This document shows, in pieces, positions 35,609-47,987 of a stretch of DNA of 64,000 bases. Made by a program: the position numbers and the translations under genes. The number at the start of each line of letters is the position of its first letter. Position 1 is the first letter of the stretch. This stretch comes from Eledone cirrhosa. Lineage: Eukaryota. Under the pieces are notes generated by a model. That model made no database searches, had not been told where the DNA came from, and was given only the letters and a program-made list of their open reading frames with translations. The stretch spans positions 104,036,001-104,100,000 of the forward strand of contig OZ024742.1 of assembly GCA_964016885.1 (NCBI GenBank), read 5' to 3'.

Positions 35609-38548
35609 TGCATATATATGGCATACAAACCTTGAACTCCACAAGCTAAATACCTTCAATGTTATTGCTGCATATATATGGCATACAAACCTTGAACTCC
35701 ACAAGCTAAATACCTTCAATGTTATTGCACCATATATATGGCATACAAGCCTTGGACTCCACCAGCTAAATACCTTCAACATTATTGCACCATATATATG
35801 GCATACAAACCTTGAACTCCACAAGCTAAATACCTTCAATGTTATTGCTGCATATATATGGCATACAAACCTTGAACTCCACAAACTAAATACCTTCAAC
35901 ATTATTGCACCATATATATGGCATACAAACCTTGAACTCCACAAACTAAATACCTTCAACATTATTGCACCATATATATGGCATACAAACCTTGAACTCC
36001 ACAAACTAAATACCTTCAACATTATTGCACCATATATATGGCATACAAACCTTGAACTCCACAAACTAAATACCTTCAACATTATTGCACCATATATATG
36101 GCATACAAACCTTGAACTCCACAAACTAAATACCTTCAATGATATTGCACCATATATATGGCATACAAACCTTGAACTCCACCAGCTAAATACCTTCAAC
36201 ATTATTGCACCATATATATGGCATACAAACCTTGAACTCCACAAACTAAATACCTTCAACATTATTGCACCATATATATGGCATACAAACCTTGAACTCC
36301 ACAAACTAAATACCTTCAACATTATTGCACCATATATATGGCATACAAACCTTGAACTCCACAAACTAAATACCTTCAATGATATTGCACCATATATATG
36401 GCATACAAACCTTGAACTCCACAAACTAAATACCTTCAACATTATTGCACCATATATATGGCATACAAACCTTGAACTCCACAAACTAAATACCTTCAAT
36501 GATATTGCACCATATATATGGCATACAAACCTTGAACTCCACAAACTAAATACCTTCAACATTATTGCACCATATATATGGCATACAAACCTTGAACTCC
36601 ACAAACTAAATACCTTCAATGATATTGCACCATATATATGGCATACAAACCTTGAACTCCACAAACTAAATACCTTCAACATTATTGCACCATATATATG
36701 GCATACAAACCTTGAACTCCACAAACTAAATACCTTCAACATTATTGCACCATATATATGGCATACAAGCCTTGGACTCCACCAGCTAAATACCTTCAAC
36801 ATTATTGCACCATATATATGGCATACAAACCTTGAACTCCACAAACCAAATACCTTCAACATTATTGCACCATATATATGGCATACAAACCTTGAACTCC
36901 ACAAACTAAATACCTTCAATGATATTGCACCATATATATGGCATACAAACCTTGGACTCCACCAGCTAAATACCTTCAACATTATTGCACCATATATATG
37001 GCATACAAACCTTGAACTCCACAAGCTAAATACCTTCAATGTTATTGCTGCATATATATGGCATACAAGCCTTGGACTCCACCAGCTAAATACCTTCAAC
37101 ATTATTGCACCATATATATGGCATACAAACCTTGAACTCCACAAACTAAATACCTTCAACATTATTGCACCATATATATGACATACAAACCTTGAACTCC
37201 ACAAACTAAATACCTTCAACATTATTGCACCATATATATGGCATACAAACCTTGAACTCCACAAACTAAATACCTTCAATGATATTGCACCATATATATG
37301 GCATACAAACCTTGAACTCCACCAGCTAAATACCTTCAACATTATTGCACCATATATATGGCATACAAACCTTGAACTCCACAAACTAAATACCTTCAAC
37401 ATTATTGCACCATATATATGGCATACAAACCTTGAACTCCACAAACTAAATACCTTCAACATTATTGCACCATATATATGGCATACAAACCTTGAACTCC
37501 ACAAACTAAATACCTTCAACATTATTGCACCATATATATGACATACAAGCCTTGGACTCCACCAGCTAAATACCTTCAACATTATTGCACCATATATATG
37601 GCATACAAACCTTGAACTCCACAAACCAAATACCTTCAACATTATTGCACCATATATATGGCATACAAACCTTGAACTCCACAAACTAAATACCTTCAAT
37701 GATATTGCACCATATATATGGCATACAAACCTTGGACTCCACCAGCTAAATACCTTCAACATTATTGCACCATATATATGGCATACAAACCTTGAACTCC
37801 ACAAACTAAATACCTTCAACATTATTGCACCATATATATGGCATACAAACCTTGAACTCCACAAACTAAATACCTTCAACATTATTGCACCATATATATG
37901 GCATACAAGCCTTGGACTCCACCAGCTAAATACCTTCAACATTATTGCACCATATATATGGCATACAAACCTTGAACTCCACAAACTAAATACCTTCAAC
38001 ATTATTGCACCATATATATGGCATACAAACCTTGAACTCCACCAGCTAAATACCTTCAACATTATTGCACCATATATATGGCATACAAACCTTGAACTCC
38101 ACAAACTAAATACCTTCAACATTATTGCACCATATATATGGCATACAAGCCTTGGACTCCACCAGCTAAATACCTTCAACATTATTGCACCATATATATG
38201 GCATACAAACCTTGAACTCCACCAGCTAAATACCTTCAATGTTATTGCACCATATATATGGCATACAAACCTTGAACTCCACCAGCTAAATACCTTCAAT
38301 GTTATTGCACCATATATATGGCATACAAACCTTGAACTCCACCAGCTAAATACCTTCAATGTTATTGCACCATATATATGGCATACAAACCTTGAACTCC
38401 ACAAACTAAATACCTTCAACATTATTGCACCATATATATGGCATACAAACCTTGAACTCCACAAACTAAATACCTTCAACATTATTGCACCATATATATG
38501 GCATACAAGCCTTGGACTCCACCATCTAGATACCTTCAACATTATTGT
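35609..38548. repeat. 60-bp minisatellite, ~49 copies
   Basis: Unit CATATATATGGCATACAAACCTTGAACTCCACAAACTAAATACCTTCAACATTATTGCAC stays in register with the 60-nt lines, no indels. Confidence 0.98.
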
Positions 38549-38580
38549 CCCATTACTAATGACACTGATGATGCACATTG

Positions 38581-38745
38581 TAATAATGATTTCTACTATA
38601 GGCACAAGGCCAACAATTTTTAGGAAAGGGAAAGTCAATTAAATCAACACCAGTGCATTACTGGTACTTTATTTTATTGACCCCATAAGGATGAAAGGTA
38701 AAGCCAACCTCAGCAGTATTTGAACTCAGAATGTAAAGGGATACA
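38581..38745 (-). mobile_element. tRNA-derived SINE (family A), partial
   Basis: 3' end on minus strand reads CCTTGTGCCTATAGTAGAAATCATTATTA. Confidence 0.8.
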
Positions 38746-38823
38746 CATTGTAATAATATACAGTCATATAACATACATAGTAGTATAACATGTATAATAT
38801 AAATTGTAGTATAATATATATGT

Positions 38824-39100
38824 GGAGGCACGTGGCCTAGTGGTAAGGGTGTTGGACTTACGATCGTAATGTCGTGGGTTCGATTCCTGGGTTGCGTGTT
38901 GTGTTCTTGAGCAAAACACTTCATTTCACGTTGCTCCAGTATACTCAGCTGAAAATGAGTATCAGCAATAGCTGCAAGTTTAACCCTGCGATGGACTGGC
39001 GTCGTGTCCAGTGGGGGAGTCTGTCCTCTCAGTCGCTTCACGCCATGAAACCAGGATAAGCACCGGCCAAATGAGCATTCTGGCTTAAGACAGACTTTAG
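38824..39100 (+). mobile_element. tRNA-derived SINE (family B-related)
   Basis: A-box TGGCCTAGTGG, B-box GGTTCGATTCC, body TTGTGTTCTTGAGCAAAACACTT. Confidence 0.85.
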
Positions 39101-39159
39101 ATTTAGATAATATATATAATAATATAATATATATATATTATCATAATACATAGTAGTAT

Positions 39160-39780
39160 CTTCTTCTTTTCCTACTTATTCCTCAGAGGGTCATGGGGAC
39201 TGAGTCCTCATGATAGATACTGATCTGGCTGGATCCCCAAGTGAGCCCAGCGATGTTCATAGATATTATCCAACCATCTTGCTTGGGGTCTACCTCTCAT
39301 TCTCCTGCCGGTTGGTTTTACCCATAAAATCTGTCCAATGATTCTTTCTGGAGACATTCTAACCACTTGCCCATAGTATCGGAGCTGTGATCTCTCAATT
39401 TGGAGAAGTAGCAGCTCTACCTGGAGTAACTCTTTGATTACTGAGCTATGCACTCTATTGAGTAACGTTTGGTGGAACCCTATTTCAGCTGCTTGTATTC
39501 GCAATTGTATTCTTTTGGTCATTATCCAAGATTCATGACCATAGGTCGGCATGAATATCGAATTGAAGATAGCGAGCTTGGCTTTTACACCTACCTCCCT
39601 TCTTCTGATTATCGAATGCTGAAGCTGTCACATTACTGTACAAACTCCTGCAAGTCTTGCACTTAATTCAGCCTCCTGCCTTCCATCACTCATGAACACG
39701 GCCCTGAGATATTTGAACTTCTCCACCTGCTTCAGTGGAACTCCATTCACACATAGAGTCTATTGCGCAGACTTCCTCGT
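39160..39780 (-). mobile_element. Degraded RTE LINE 3' fragment (second RTE family)
   Basis: TYGHESW...RIQAAE...IERSQLRYYGQVVRM...RMRGRPQARW. Confidence 0.8.
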
Positions 39781-41962
39781 GTTAAACACAATTTATATAT
39801 TATTATATCAACAGATTTTATATTTCAAAACTTATAGTCATTCTAAAGATTTTAATCACAGTTGTATAAATAATGTTACAAATTGATTATAATTCTTACA
39901 GAATGAAAATATAAATGCAAATAATATGTACGATTAATTTAAAACAATGTTGTCTCTGATCGAGACAAAGCAAGAGTGTATTTGATAGAATACATATAAA
40001 AATGAAAAAACTGATCGCTAGAACAACCATTAAAACAGGTAAATGCTGTCAAGAGCAGCAATGGGCAAAAATGTCTCAGATGACAGCAGCCAGTGGTCAA
40101 CAGAGAAACAATCCATAAGGTAGGAGACAGGCAGATGAAATATAGAAAGGATTGAAAGAGGAGGAGGACACAGAAGTGATTGAAAGAAGGAAATAAAGAA
40201 AGGTGATGTACAAGTCAAGTTTACACACACATCTTCATTCTCATCAGCTCTCAAACCAGCAAAATGGTTTCACATGATTTTTATTGCTCAGAATCTTATT
40301 AAAAAGTAGAAGACATGCACACTCAACCACATGTAACAAAAGGCACTCAAGTTTCCTTTAGATAACTTTTGAGGCAAGCCAACAGTATATTATACGTACA
40401 AGACATTATTTCGTATTGTCTTTTAAGTATTCCAAGAAATTCGACAATCTCTGTACATAATTGGGCAATATAACTTAACTATAGTAAAATAAATATGCAA
40501 TTGATATTAATGAATGTAAAATTAGATTGTTTGTTAGTAATGTTTATGAAAAAAATGATAGTAATTTTATTTTCAACATTGAAGGAATGAATGTATTTGT
40601 TGTAAAATGAAATTAAGTTAGATAGGATTTCAATGAATGTAAGATGAAATTAACTGTACCAAGCTACTTTCCTTTGGCGCATTTATAAACTATTCGTGCG
40701 TGATTTGGCAAAGTAAGGCCAATCGTGAGCCCCGCACGAATATATATTACCAGCTTCCGCCCAAACAAAGATTTTCCCGGTTCTTTCGTATATACACTCT
40801 CTTGCTGCTTGGACGTTGGGAGATCTTCGCTTTGGCTTGTCGGCCTCGCACAATCCCTTCTTAACTTGTTTATTCCTTTGTTTGCCATGTCAACTCAACT
40901 TAACTCTTTGTAATTAGTTGTGAATAAAACATGTAAAAATGTTAACGAAGACTTTACCACTAATTCCACAAACATTCGCTTCTCTCACACTTAACAAACC
41001 GTTACATTAAAACTAAACCTCTAACTGCTATACTTTAGCCTAACAAAAACCATACATTTCCTACAACACAAATACATATTATTATCATTATCATCATTAT
41101 TGTTATTGATATAAATAATTATTCTTCTGCTAAACTGGTGACCCGACGTGGGAATATTTCCGTACGAAATATTCCTTTAAATAAATTTAAAAAATAGCAG
41201 TATTAAAAAAAAAACAACACGCAACCTTTCTTATTCATATTGTATCAACACACCATTTAAAACGTTCTTATTGATATTATGCCAACATGGCATGGTGTTG
41301 TTTTCCTTCTATAAATTGGTGAACCCGCCGTAGGAAATGTTCCTTTAAAAAAAAAATAGCAGTATTCCAAAAAATTACAGCACGAGGAAATTTTTTTTTT
41401 CAAAATGGCTTCCATTAACATCAACAACTCTGATAAATCACTACCATAAACCACACGGGAAAAACGGTGAGATCTTCGCTTTGGCCTGTCGGCCTCCTTA
41501 GGCATGGCACAATGCCACATTCACTTCTTAACTCTTAATTTGTTTGACATGTCAACTCAACTTATCTCTTTGTAATTAGTTGTGAATAAAAATGTTAACG
41601 AAGACTTCATGACTAATTCCACAAACATTCGCTTCTCTCGCACTTAAACCGTTACATTAAAACTAAACCTCTAACTCCTATACTTTAGCCTATCAAAAAC
41701 CATACCTTTCCTACAATAAAATTACATATTATTATTATTATTATTATTGAATGCCATGGTTGACGGAGGCTCGGCTCTGTAAGGTATAGTAATTTTTAAC
41801 CGTTAAAACAATTGTAAATTGTTTAAAACTTGAACCAAATTGTTGATAAAGACACCCTCCTCCTCGTGAGAGGGGTCTTTCTGTCCGTTATTTGGCCCTT
41901 CGGGGTTGAATAACCAGTTATTGGGGTTTTGTACCCAATATTCATTTTAAACAAAAAACAAC

Positions 41963-44039
41963 ATGGCTACGAAAAAGAAATTTCATACGTCACTCCCACT
42001 CATTCCGTCTTCTTCTTCCTCAATCATCACTACAGCAGAGAGAAGATTGTCTCTCTCCCTCCCTTCTTTAAATGTGTCTCTCTCCCTCCCTTCTATTTCG
42101 CAAGTGACGAAAGAAAAGAAGTCTCGTGCAAAGCGTGCAAGGTTTCTCCACGACGACAGCGACGAAACAGGTGTGCGGGAAATACGAAAACCCAGTTCAT
42201 TCGTCTGACGTCAGGAATAATAGCAGTAGCAGCCGTAATAACAACAGCAACAGTGACAATGAAAACAACAGTAGCAGCCGCAACAGCATCACCAGCAGCA
42301 TAAACAACAACAGCATTAGCAGCAGCAACACCAACAACAACCACAGCAACAGCGGCGGAGGCAGTAGTCGTAGTACCTGCAGCAACAACAAAAGTACCAG
42401 CAGCTCTGACGACAACAACAACAGCAGAGAAAAACCAATCTCATTTGCAGGTATTGCGAAAAACTTGGAAACAATCCTCATAACAAATGAGGAATTAGAG
42501 GAAGCGAAGAAGATGGTGACAAAGAACGGACACCGAGCAATCTGCAAGGCAGCGGAAACATTTTTCGAAACCCAAGAGCACTGTACGGTCACGTACCGTA
42601 CAGTAAGTACAAAATCCCGTAGGGTGGAAAGAGCCACAGAGGCCCAAATACAAAAAGCCTTGGGGTCTGTGTGGCAGCGGAAAACGCACATCACCCGAGG
42701 CAAAAAAAAATATGCCACCGTAGACGTACTTTTTGCCACACCCCAGGAGGCAAAGGCCCAATCAGTAGTGACCCTAAGGAGCGAGGAAATGGTGTTGGTG
42801 CCCTCCTACTGCGGGAAAAAAATTGTGAGGGTCAAACTGACCCACGTCCCCCCCGGAATGACCCCTTCTTGGCTGGCCGCGTCTGTCCTCGTCGGAATCG
42901 AGGACAAAACAACTGTACTGCAAGTACAGAAAAAAGTAAGAGAAGATTGGGTCGGCTCCTCCATTGAGATGCTAATCCAAACCAACCAGGAGTGCATCGA
43001 AGCTATCCCGGATGTGATAGACTTCGATAACGGCACTCAACTGCCCATAAGTGTTGAGGGCAAACGCCCGAAATGCTTTCGCTGTGGATCGAAGACTCAC
43101 CTCAGGGCCTTCTGCAACGAGAAGACCCTGAGAAAGGAGAAAACCCCCCTCCTTCCGAATCCGGCTCCACGGCTACCAGCAACAGGACAAGCGGCAACCA
43201 GGAACGATAGGTCCGTGGCACCCATACCCACGCCACGGAAATCAAAAACAGCAGCAGCAGTGGAAATATTAACAACAACAACAGCAATACCAAATGCAGC
43301 TGCAACAGAGACTCCAGTGCAAACATCACCAACAACAACAAGTGAAAGAGTGGAGCTGGTACCCCTCCCCGACCTCACAGAATCAGACATGGAGTGTGAG
43401 GTGGGAGAGGGATGGCAAAAGGTCGCAAGAAGGCACAAACGCAGAAGCAGCGCATCGTCGCCTTTGAAAAGGGAGGAAAGAAATGAGAAAAGGGTAAAGT
43501 CTACTGCAAAGAGACCCACAGCAGCAACACCACCAACACCATCACCACCCACACCAGCACCACCATCACCACCGCCAACAACACCTTCAACACCACCACC
43601 ACAAGCACCAACATCGCAAACACAACAACAAAACACACACACCCAGCAACAACGACAAGAAAATAGCAGAACCACACCCCACCCCCAGAAAAACAAATGC
43701 ACGGCAATAAACACACACAACAAGAAACTAATGACTTACATAATTGAACACACAGACATTTCACAACAGGACTACATAATACCAGCACCAATCAAAACGC
43801 CAACTAACATAAGACTGCTAAAAATAGCTCAGAAACAATACACAAACATTAAAACGAAATTCCCCAACGCAGTTGGTGATTTCAGGGACCTAGGAGGAAC
43901 CATCAATCGAAGAGTATATTCAGACATTCTCTTAGAAGAGCCGACGACCAGCCGAAGGGACGATTCAACGGTCCCTTCACCAGACGATCAAGTGAAAAGG
44001 GATGTAAAAACCATCCCTCCTCTACCAAAAGTACGGTAA
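41963..44039 (+). pseudogene. ORF1 of copy 1 (CCHC zinc knuckle), 2-nt deletion near 42120 relative to copies 2 and 3
   Basis: GAAAAGAAGTCTCG vs GAAAAGAAAAGTCTCG; otherwise matches copy 2; could be a sequencing error. Confidence 0.8.
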
Positions 44040-44074
44040 GTGGTCTTTCCCATCTTTTCCACTCTATTTTAAAC

Positions 44075-47000
44075 ATGACCTCACTCAGAATAGGCAGCAT
44101 AAATGCGCGTGGCTTGGGGTCGTCATGGAAGCAGGGTCACCTGCTCAACGACCTCAGGTCACTAAACATAGATGTAGTGGCCATCAGCGAGACCAGAATC
44201 TCCGAAGCACGGGCCTTCGCACCGATCTTCGGCGGCTACGATGTGTACGCATCTCCCAGCCGTCCTGGATCGGGTGGAGGAGTTGCTGTGCTTTTTCGGA
44301 GAGGTTTGGATCTCGCCATACGGGCCATCTTCCTGGACCCAGAGGGTAAGATGGTGGTGCTGGACGTGACCAGCGGAGACGGGCAAGCTTTCAGGCTAGT
44401 GGCCGTCTATGCCCCGACAGGAGCAGGGCGGCCTGATTTCTTCCGGCGTTTGGAGACCTTTCTTGGAACGTCCCGCTCTTTAGTGTTAGTGGGCGACTGG
44501 AACGGGATCTTAGATGCACGCTGGGACTGTGTGGGATTAGCGGATAGGGGTGGAGGGTGCAAGAGCCTCACCAACCTGCTCAGGCGTTTTGAACTGTCTG
44601 ACAGGTACCGATTGGATTTCCCGAATGTGCCAATGTGGACTTGGACAAACCGCATAGGGTCATCCAGATCATATCTAGATAGAGTATTTTGTAGGGAAAT
44701 AGATAGGTCTAGCATAGGCTGTCCACAATTCAAGATAGTCAGCTACACGGACCACAAATTCGTGACCTGTGTGCTTGACTTAGATAGGCTTCATAGACGA
44801 GGACCCGGCTACTGGAAGCTAAACGCGTCCTTACCAGCGCGCAAGGCCTACAGAGACCGGATTAGCGAACTAGTTAAGCGGGCGTTGACGGGGGCCATCG
44901 TCAACAACAAGTGGTGGTTTGCTCTGAAAAGAGCGATTAGAATAGAATCGATTAGGTTTAGTAAGGCTTTAGCAATAGAGAAAAATAGAGCAGAGGGAGA
45001 ACTAGTTAGAAAATTAGACGAGGCGCTTAGCAAAGGCATTGCGACCGACATGCTTGCGGCGAAATTGGCCCTTGACCAATTCTTCAATGCAAAGCACGAA
45101 GGCTGCGTTGTCAGAGCTAGGGTGCGTGCTCTCAGACACGAGGGGACGAAAGCCGTTCAATGGGCCCGAGTGGCGGAGGCGCGTCGTGGCAACAAAGCCA
45201 CGATCCGGTCTTTGGTGGACCACGACGGGCGCATGCTACTCGATCCCGGGCAAATGTGTGAAGCTTTTCAGCAACACTTCGCTCAGCTGTTCGGGGGCAG
45301 CGGGGGGCCGGGTAGAGGGATGGACTTTAGTGTCTACCTCGACGGACTGCCGCGGCTCTCGGCCACTGAGGCGAAGTGTTGCGAAAAGCCGATAACAGCC
45401 GCTGAAGTAAGGGAGGCAATGACTGGCTGCACAAGGGGTAAATCGCCTGGTTTGGATGGTCTGCCCTATGAACTTTACGTACAGATGCCAGACTTGTTCG
45501 GAGGCCTCTTGGCGGACGTCTACTGCAACTGGCAACAGAACGGGAGAATTCCCAGTTCTGTGAGCCGAGGAGCGGTGGCACTGCTGAGAAAGGATCCGAA
45601 CAAGGGGGATAACATAGAAAATTTCCGGCCCATAACTCTGCTAAACACAGAGTTTAAGATTTTGGCCAAGGTGCTAGCAAAGAGGTTGGCGCTTGTCGTT
45701 GGTGGTCTGGTGGGAGAGGCGCAGACATGCGCCATTCCCGACAGATCCATCCACGACTACCTCCACCTCATGCGATACATCGTAGAGAGGGTAGCTAGGG
45801 AACCTGGCACGGGTGGGTCCTTGATCAATTTAGATCAGTCGAAAGCTTTCGATAGGGTCGACCATCGTTACCTAGCGGCAGTCCTGAGGGCGGCTGGCTT
45901 TGGGCCCGTCTTCAGAGGCTGGATCGCTGCCATGCACAGCGACATCTGCTCTGTGGTGAGAGTGAACGGTCACCTGTCGGAACCGTTCAACATCATGCGC
46001 TCGGTCCGCCAAGGATGTCCCCTCTCGTCCCTCTTGTACGTATTGACTCTCGAGCCATTACTGCACAAACTGGAGACGTTGAGGGGAGTCCCGCGCGAAC
46101 TAGGATGCGGAAGATCCGTGTCAGCATATGCGGACGATGTCACCGTAGTGGTGTCGAACGCCAAACACATCGAGGCGATCGGCACTACACTAAGAGAATA
46201 CGAAGCGGTGACAGGAGCAATGATCAACCAGGAAAAGTCAGTGGGCCTACAGCTCGGCACCTGGAGAGGCAGGTCCATGCCGTCCAACAGCGTCGTCGGA
46301 CGCTGGACGGACGGACCGGTTAAATTGCTAGGGGTCTGGTTCGGTCCGGACCTCCAGACGGACAAAAACTGGGACGAGGTGACGAGCAGGGTGGCTTCTC
46401 TCACCCAGAAATGGGCGGAGAGGAAGCTATCCCTGAAAGGTCGAGCGGAGGTGGCTAACGCGTACATCGCGTCTGTCATCTGCTACCGCCTGACCGTCGT
46501 ACCTTGTCCTAAGCCTCGCCTGACTGCGCTGGAGCGTTTGCTCTTTCGCTTTTTGTGGAAGGGACGCGCTCCGATGGTCAGGCGGTCCATCTGTTGTCAA
46601 CACCCGCTACGTGGAGGGCTGGGCATGCCGTGGCTGATGATGCGCAGGCACGCGCTCAGGCTACGACATCTCCACCTCTTCCTCGACGGTGATCAGGTGT
46701 GGTCGCCGTTTGCTAGGCGCGTGTTTCCCCAGCTCGTTTCCTTGACGGAGCTGCAGTCCTGGGTCAAGCGAAGACCGAGAGGGAGCGCCTGGAGACTGGA
46801 ATGTCTTCAGGCGCTCACAGCCCTCGACCAATCGGGCAATGTGATCGGTGGAAACTCCACCTCGGCGTTCTATAGAGGATTAGTGGAGGGGAAGAGCGAC
46901 GACGTACTTGGGGAAACTCTAGGCGTCGACGAAAATCAACTAGCCAATCTCTTCGGAAGAACTTTCGGGCCAGGGCCTATGGACAACTTCCAGAAATCTC

Positions 47001-47494
47001 TGGCCTGGCAGTGCTACCGAGGAGCCTTGCCAGTTCGGGATAAACTCTACAGGCATGGAGGTGCCGTCAGCCGGGCATGTCCGAGATGCGCGCAGGGCGA
47101 CGAAACCGTCCTGCACGCACTCGTCCAGTGTCCGAAAATTGCTGACTTGTGGGTTTATGTCGAACACCTGCTGTCGCGTTTAGGACGGATCCAGCTATCA
47201 TCTGAGTCCATCGTGATAATTGCCCCGCCCTCCTCCTTTAGCCGGGAAGGGCAGGCAGTTTTTATCTGTCTGGTGGCCATGGCGAAAGATATAGTATGGT
47301 GGACACGTTTGAAAGGGCTGAAGACGAGCACTTACCTCTTCGGTGATGCTCTGATTGACTTTTTCAAATTTCATTTGAAAAGGAAAATCAGAGTAGAGAG
47401 GGAAGTGCTCTCTTCCCAGCATTTTGTTGAAAGATGGGTGAGAGAAGCAAGAATGGCCCGAGTGAATGGGCCTACTCTGAGTATATATCTGTAA
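44075..47494 (+). CDS. ORF2: APE endonuclease, reverse transcriptase and C-terminal zinc finger (1139 aa)
   Basis: SINARG, ISET, GDWN, YLDR, TDH (APE); KSPGLDG, FRPITLLN, DQSKAFDRV, RQGCPLS, YADD (RT); CPRC..HALVQC. Confidence 0.96.
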   Translation: MTSLRIGSINARGLGSSWKQGHLLNDLRSLNIDVVAISETRISEARAFAPIFGGYDVYASPSRPGSGGGVAVLFRRGLDLAIRAIFLDPEGKMVVLDVTSGDGQAFRLVAVYAPTGAGRPDFFRRLETFLGTSRSLVLVGDWNGILDARWDCVGLADRGGGCKSLTNLLRRFELSDRYRLDFPNVPMWTWTNRIGSSRSYLDRVFCREIDRSSIGCPQFKIVSYTDHKFVTCVLDLDRLHRRGPGYWKLNASLPARKAYRDRISELVKRALTGAIVNNKWWFALKRAIRIESIRFSKALAIEKNRAEGELVRKLDEALSKGIATDMLAAKLALDQFFNAKHEGCVVRARVRALRHEGTKAVQWARVAEARRGNKATIRSLVDHDGRMLLDPGQMCEAFQQHFAQLFGGSGGPGRGMDFSVYLDGLPRLSATEAKCCEKPITAAEVREAMTGCTRGKSPGLDGLPYELYVQMPDLFGGLLADVYCNWQQNGRIPSSVSRGAVALLRKDPNKGDNIENFRPITLLNTEFKILAKVLAKRLALVVGGLVGEAQTCAIPDRSIHDYLHLMRYIVERVAREPGTGGSLINLDQSKAFDRVDHRYLAAVLRAAGFGPVFRGWIAAMHSDICSVVRVNGHLSEPFNIMRSVRQGCPLSSLLYVLTLEPLLHKLETLRGVPRELGCGRSVSAYADDVTVVVSNAKHIEAIGTTLREYEAVTGAMINQEKSVGLQLGTWRGRSMPSNSVVGRWTDGPVKLLGVWFGPDLQTDKNWDEVTSRVASLTQKWAERKLSLKGRAEVANAYIASVICYRLTVVPCPKPRLTALERLLFRFLWKGRAPMVRRSICCQHPLRGGLGMPWLMMRRHALRLRHLHLFLDGDQVWSPFARRVFPQLVSLTELQSWVKRRPRGSAWRLECLQALTALDQSGNVIGGNSTSAFYRGLVEGKSDDVLGETLGVDENQLANLFGRTFGPGPMDNFQKSLAWQCYRGALPVRDKLYRHGGAVSRACPRCAQGDETVLHALVQCPKIADLWVYVEHLLSRLGRIQLSSESIVIIAPPSSFSREGQAVFICLVAMAKDIVWWTRLKGLKTSTYLFGDALIDFFKFHLKRKIRVEREVLSSQHFVERWVREARMARVNGPTLSIYL

Positions 47495-47987
47495 ATTAAA
47501 GGTGGAAAACTGGGAGAGGGCACTTGCCTTGGTGGTCAGGGTCATTGTGGCTTTTTACTGGGCTTTCTCCACAAATGTCCCTCCGAAGTCTCCCCCCTAT
47601 TGGGGAATTTTTCATTGTTATTTTCATTGTTATTTTTGTTACATCCTCTGTTTTTGTTTTTTACACGCAGAAATACCCATTTGTACCGTCCTGCATTGTC
47701 CTGCACTGTCCTTAATGTCTACTTTATGTAAACCCTTGTGGTTAATAAAGAAATCATTATTATTATTATTATTGAATGCCATGGTTGACGGAGGCTCGGC
47801 TCTGTAAGGTATAGTAATTTTTAACCGTTAAAACAATTGTAAATTGTTTAAAACTTGAACCAAATTGTTGATAAAGACACCCTCCTCCTCGTGAGAGGGG
47901 TCTTTCTGTCCGTTATTTGGCCCTTCGGGGTTGAATAACCAGTTATTGGGGTTTTGTACCCAATATTCATTTTAAACAAAAAACAAC

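Larger units (their letters stand above)
41749..47773 (+). mobile_element. Full-length Tx1-like (L1 superfamily) LINE, array copy 1
   Basis: 5' end GAATGCCATGG, ORF1 plus ORF2, 3' UTR with AATAAA and (TTA)n tail. Confidence 0.95.

Noticed and set aside
35609-38548. CRISPR-like array
   Set aside because: Contiguous 60-bp units with no unique spacers, no cas genes, eukaryotic context.
40664-40888. 74-aa minus-strand ORF as first exon of a gene
   Set aside because: No recognisable motif; the duplicated copy (ATG near 41550) hits a stop after 9 codons.
41749-41804. HDV-like ribozyme at the LINE 5' end
   Set aside because: Stem order is loosely similar, but P3/L3 sizes are wrong and there is no P1.1, P4 or catalytic C in the last joiner.
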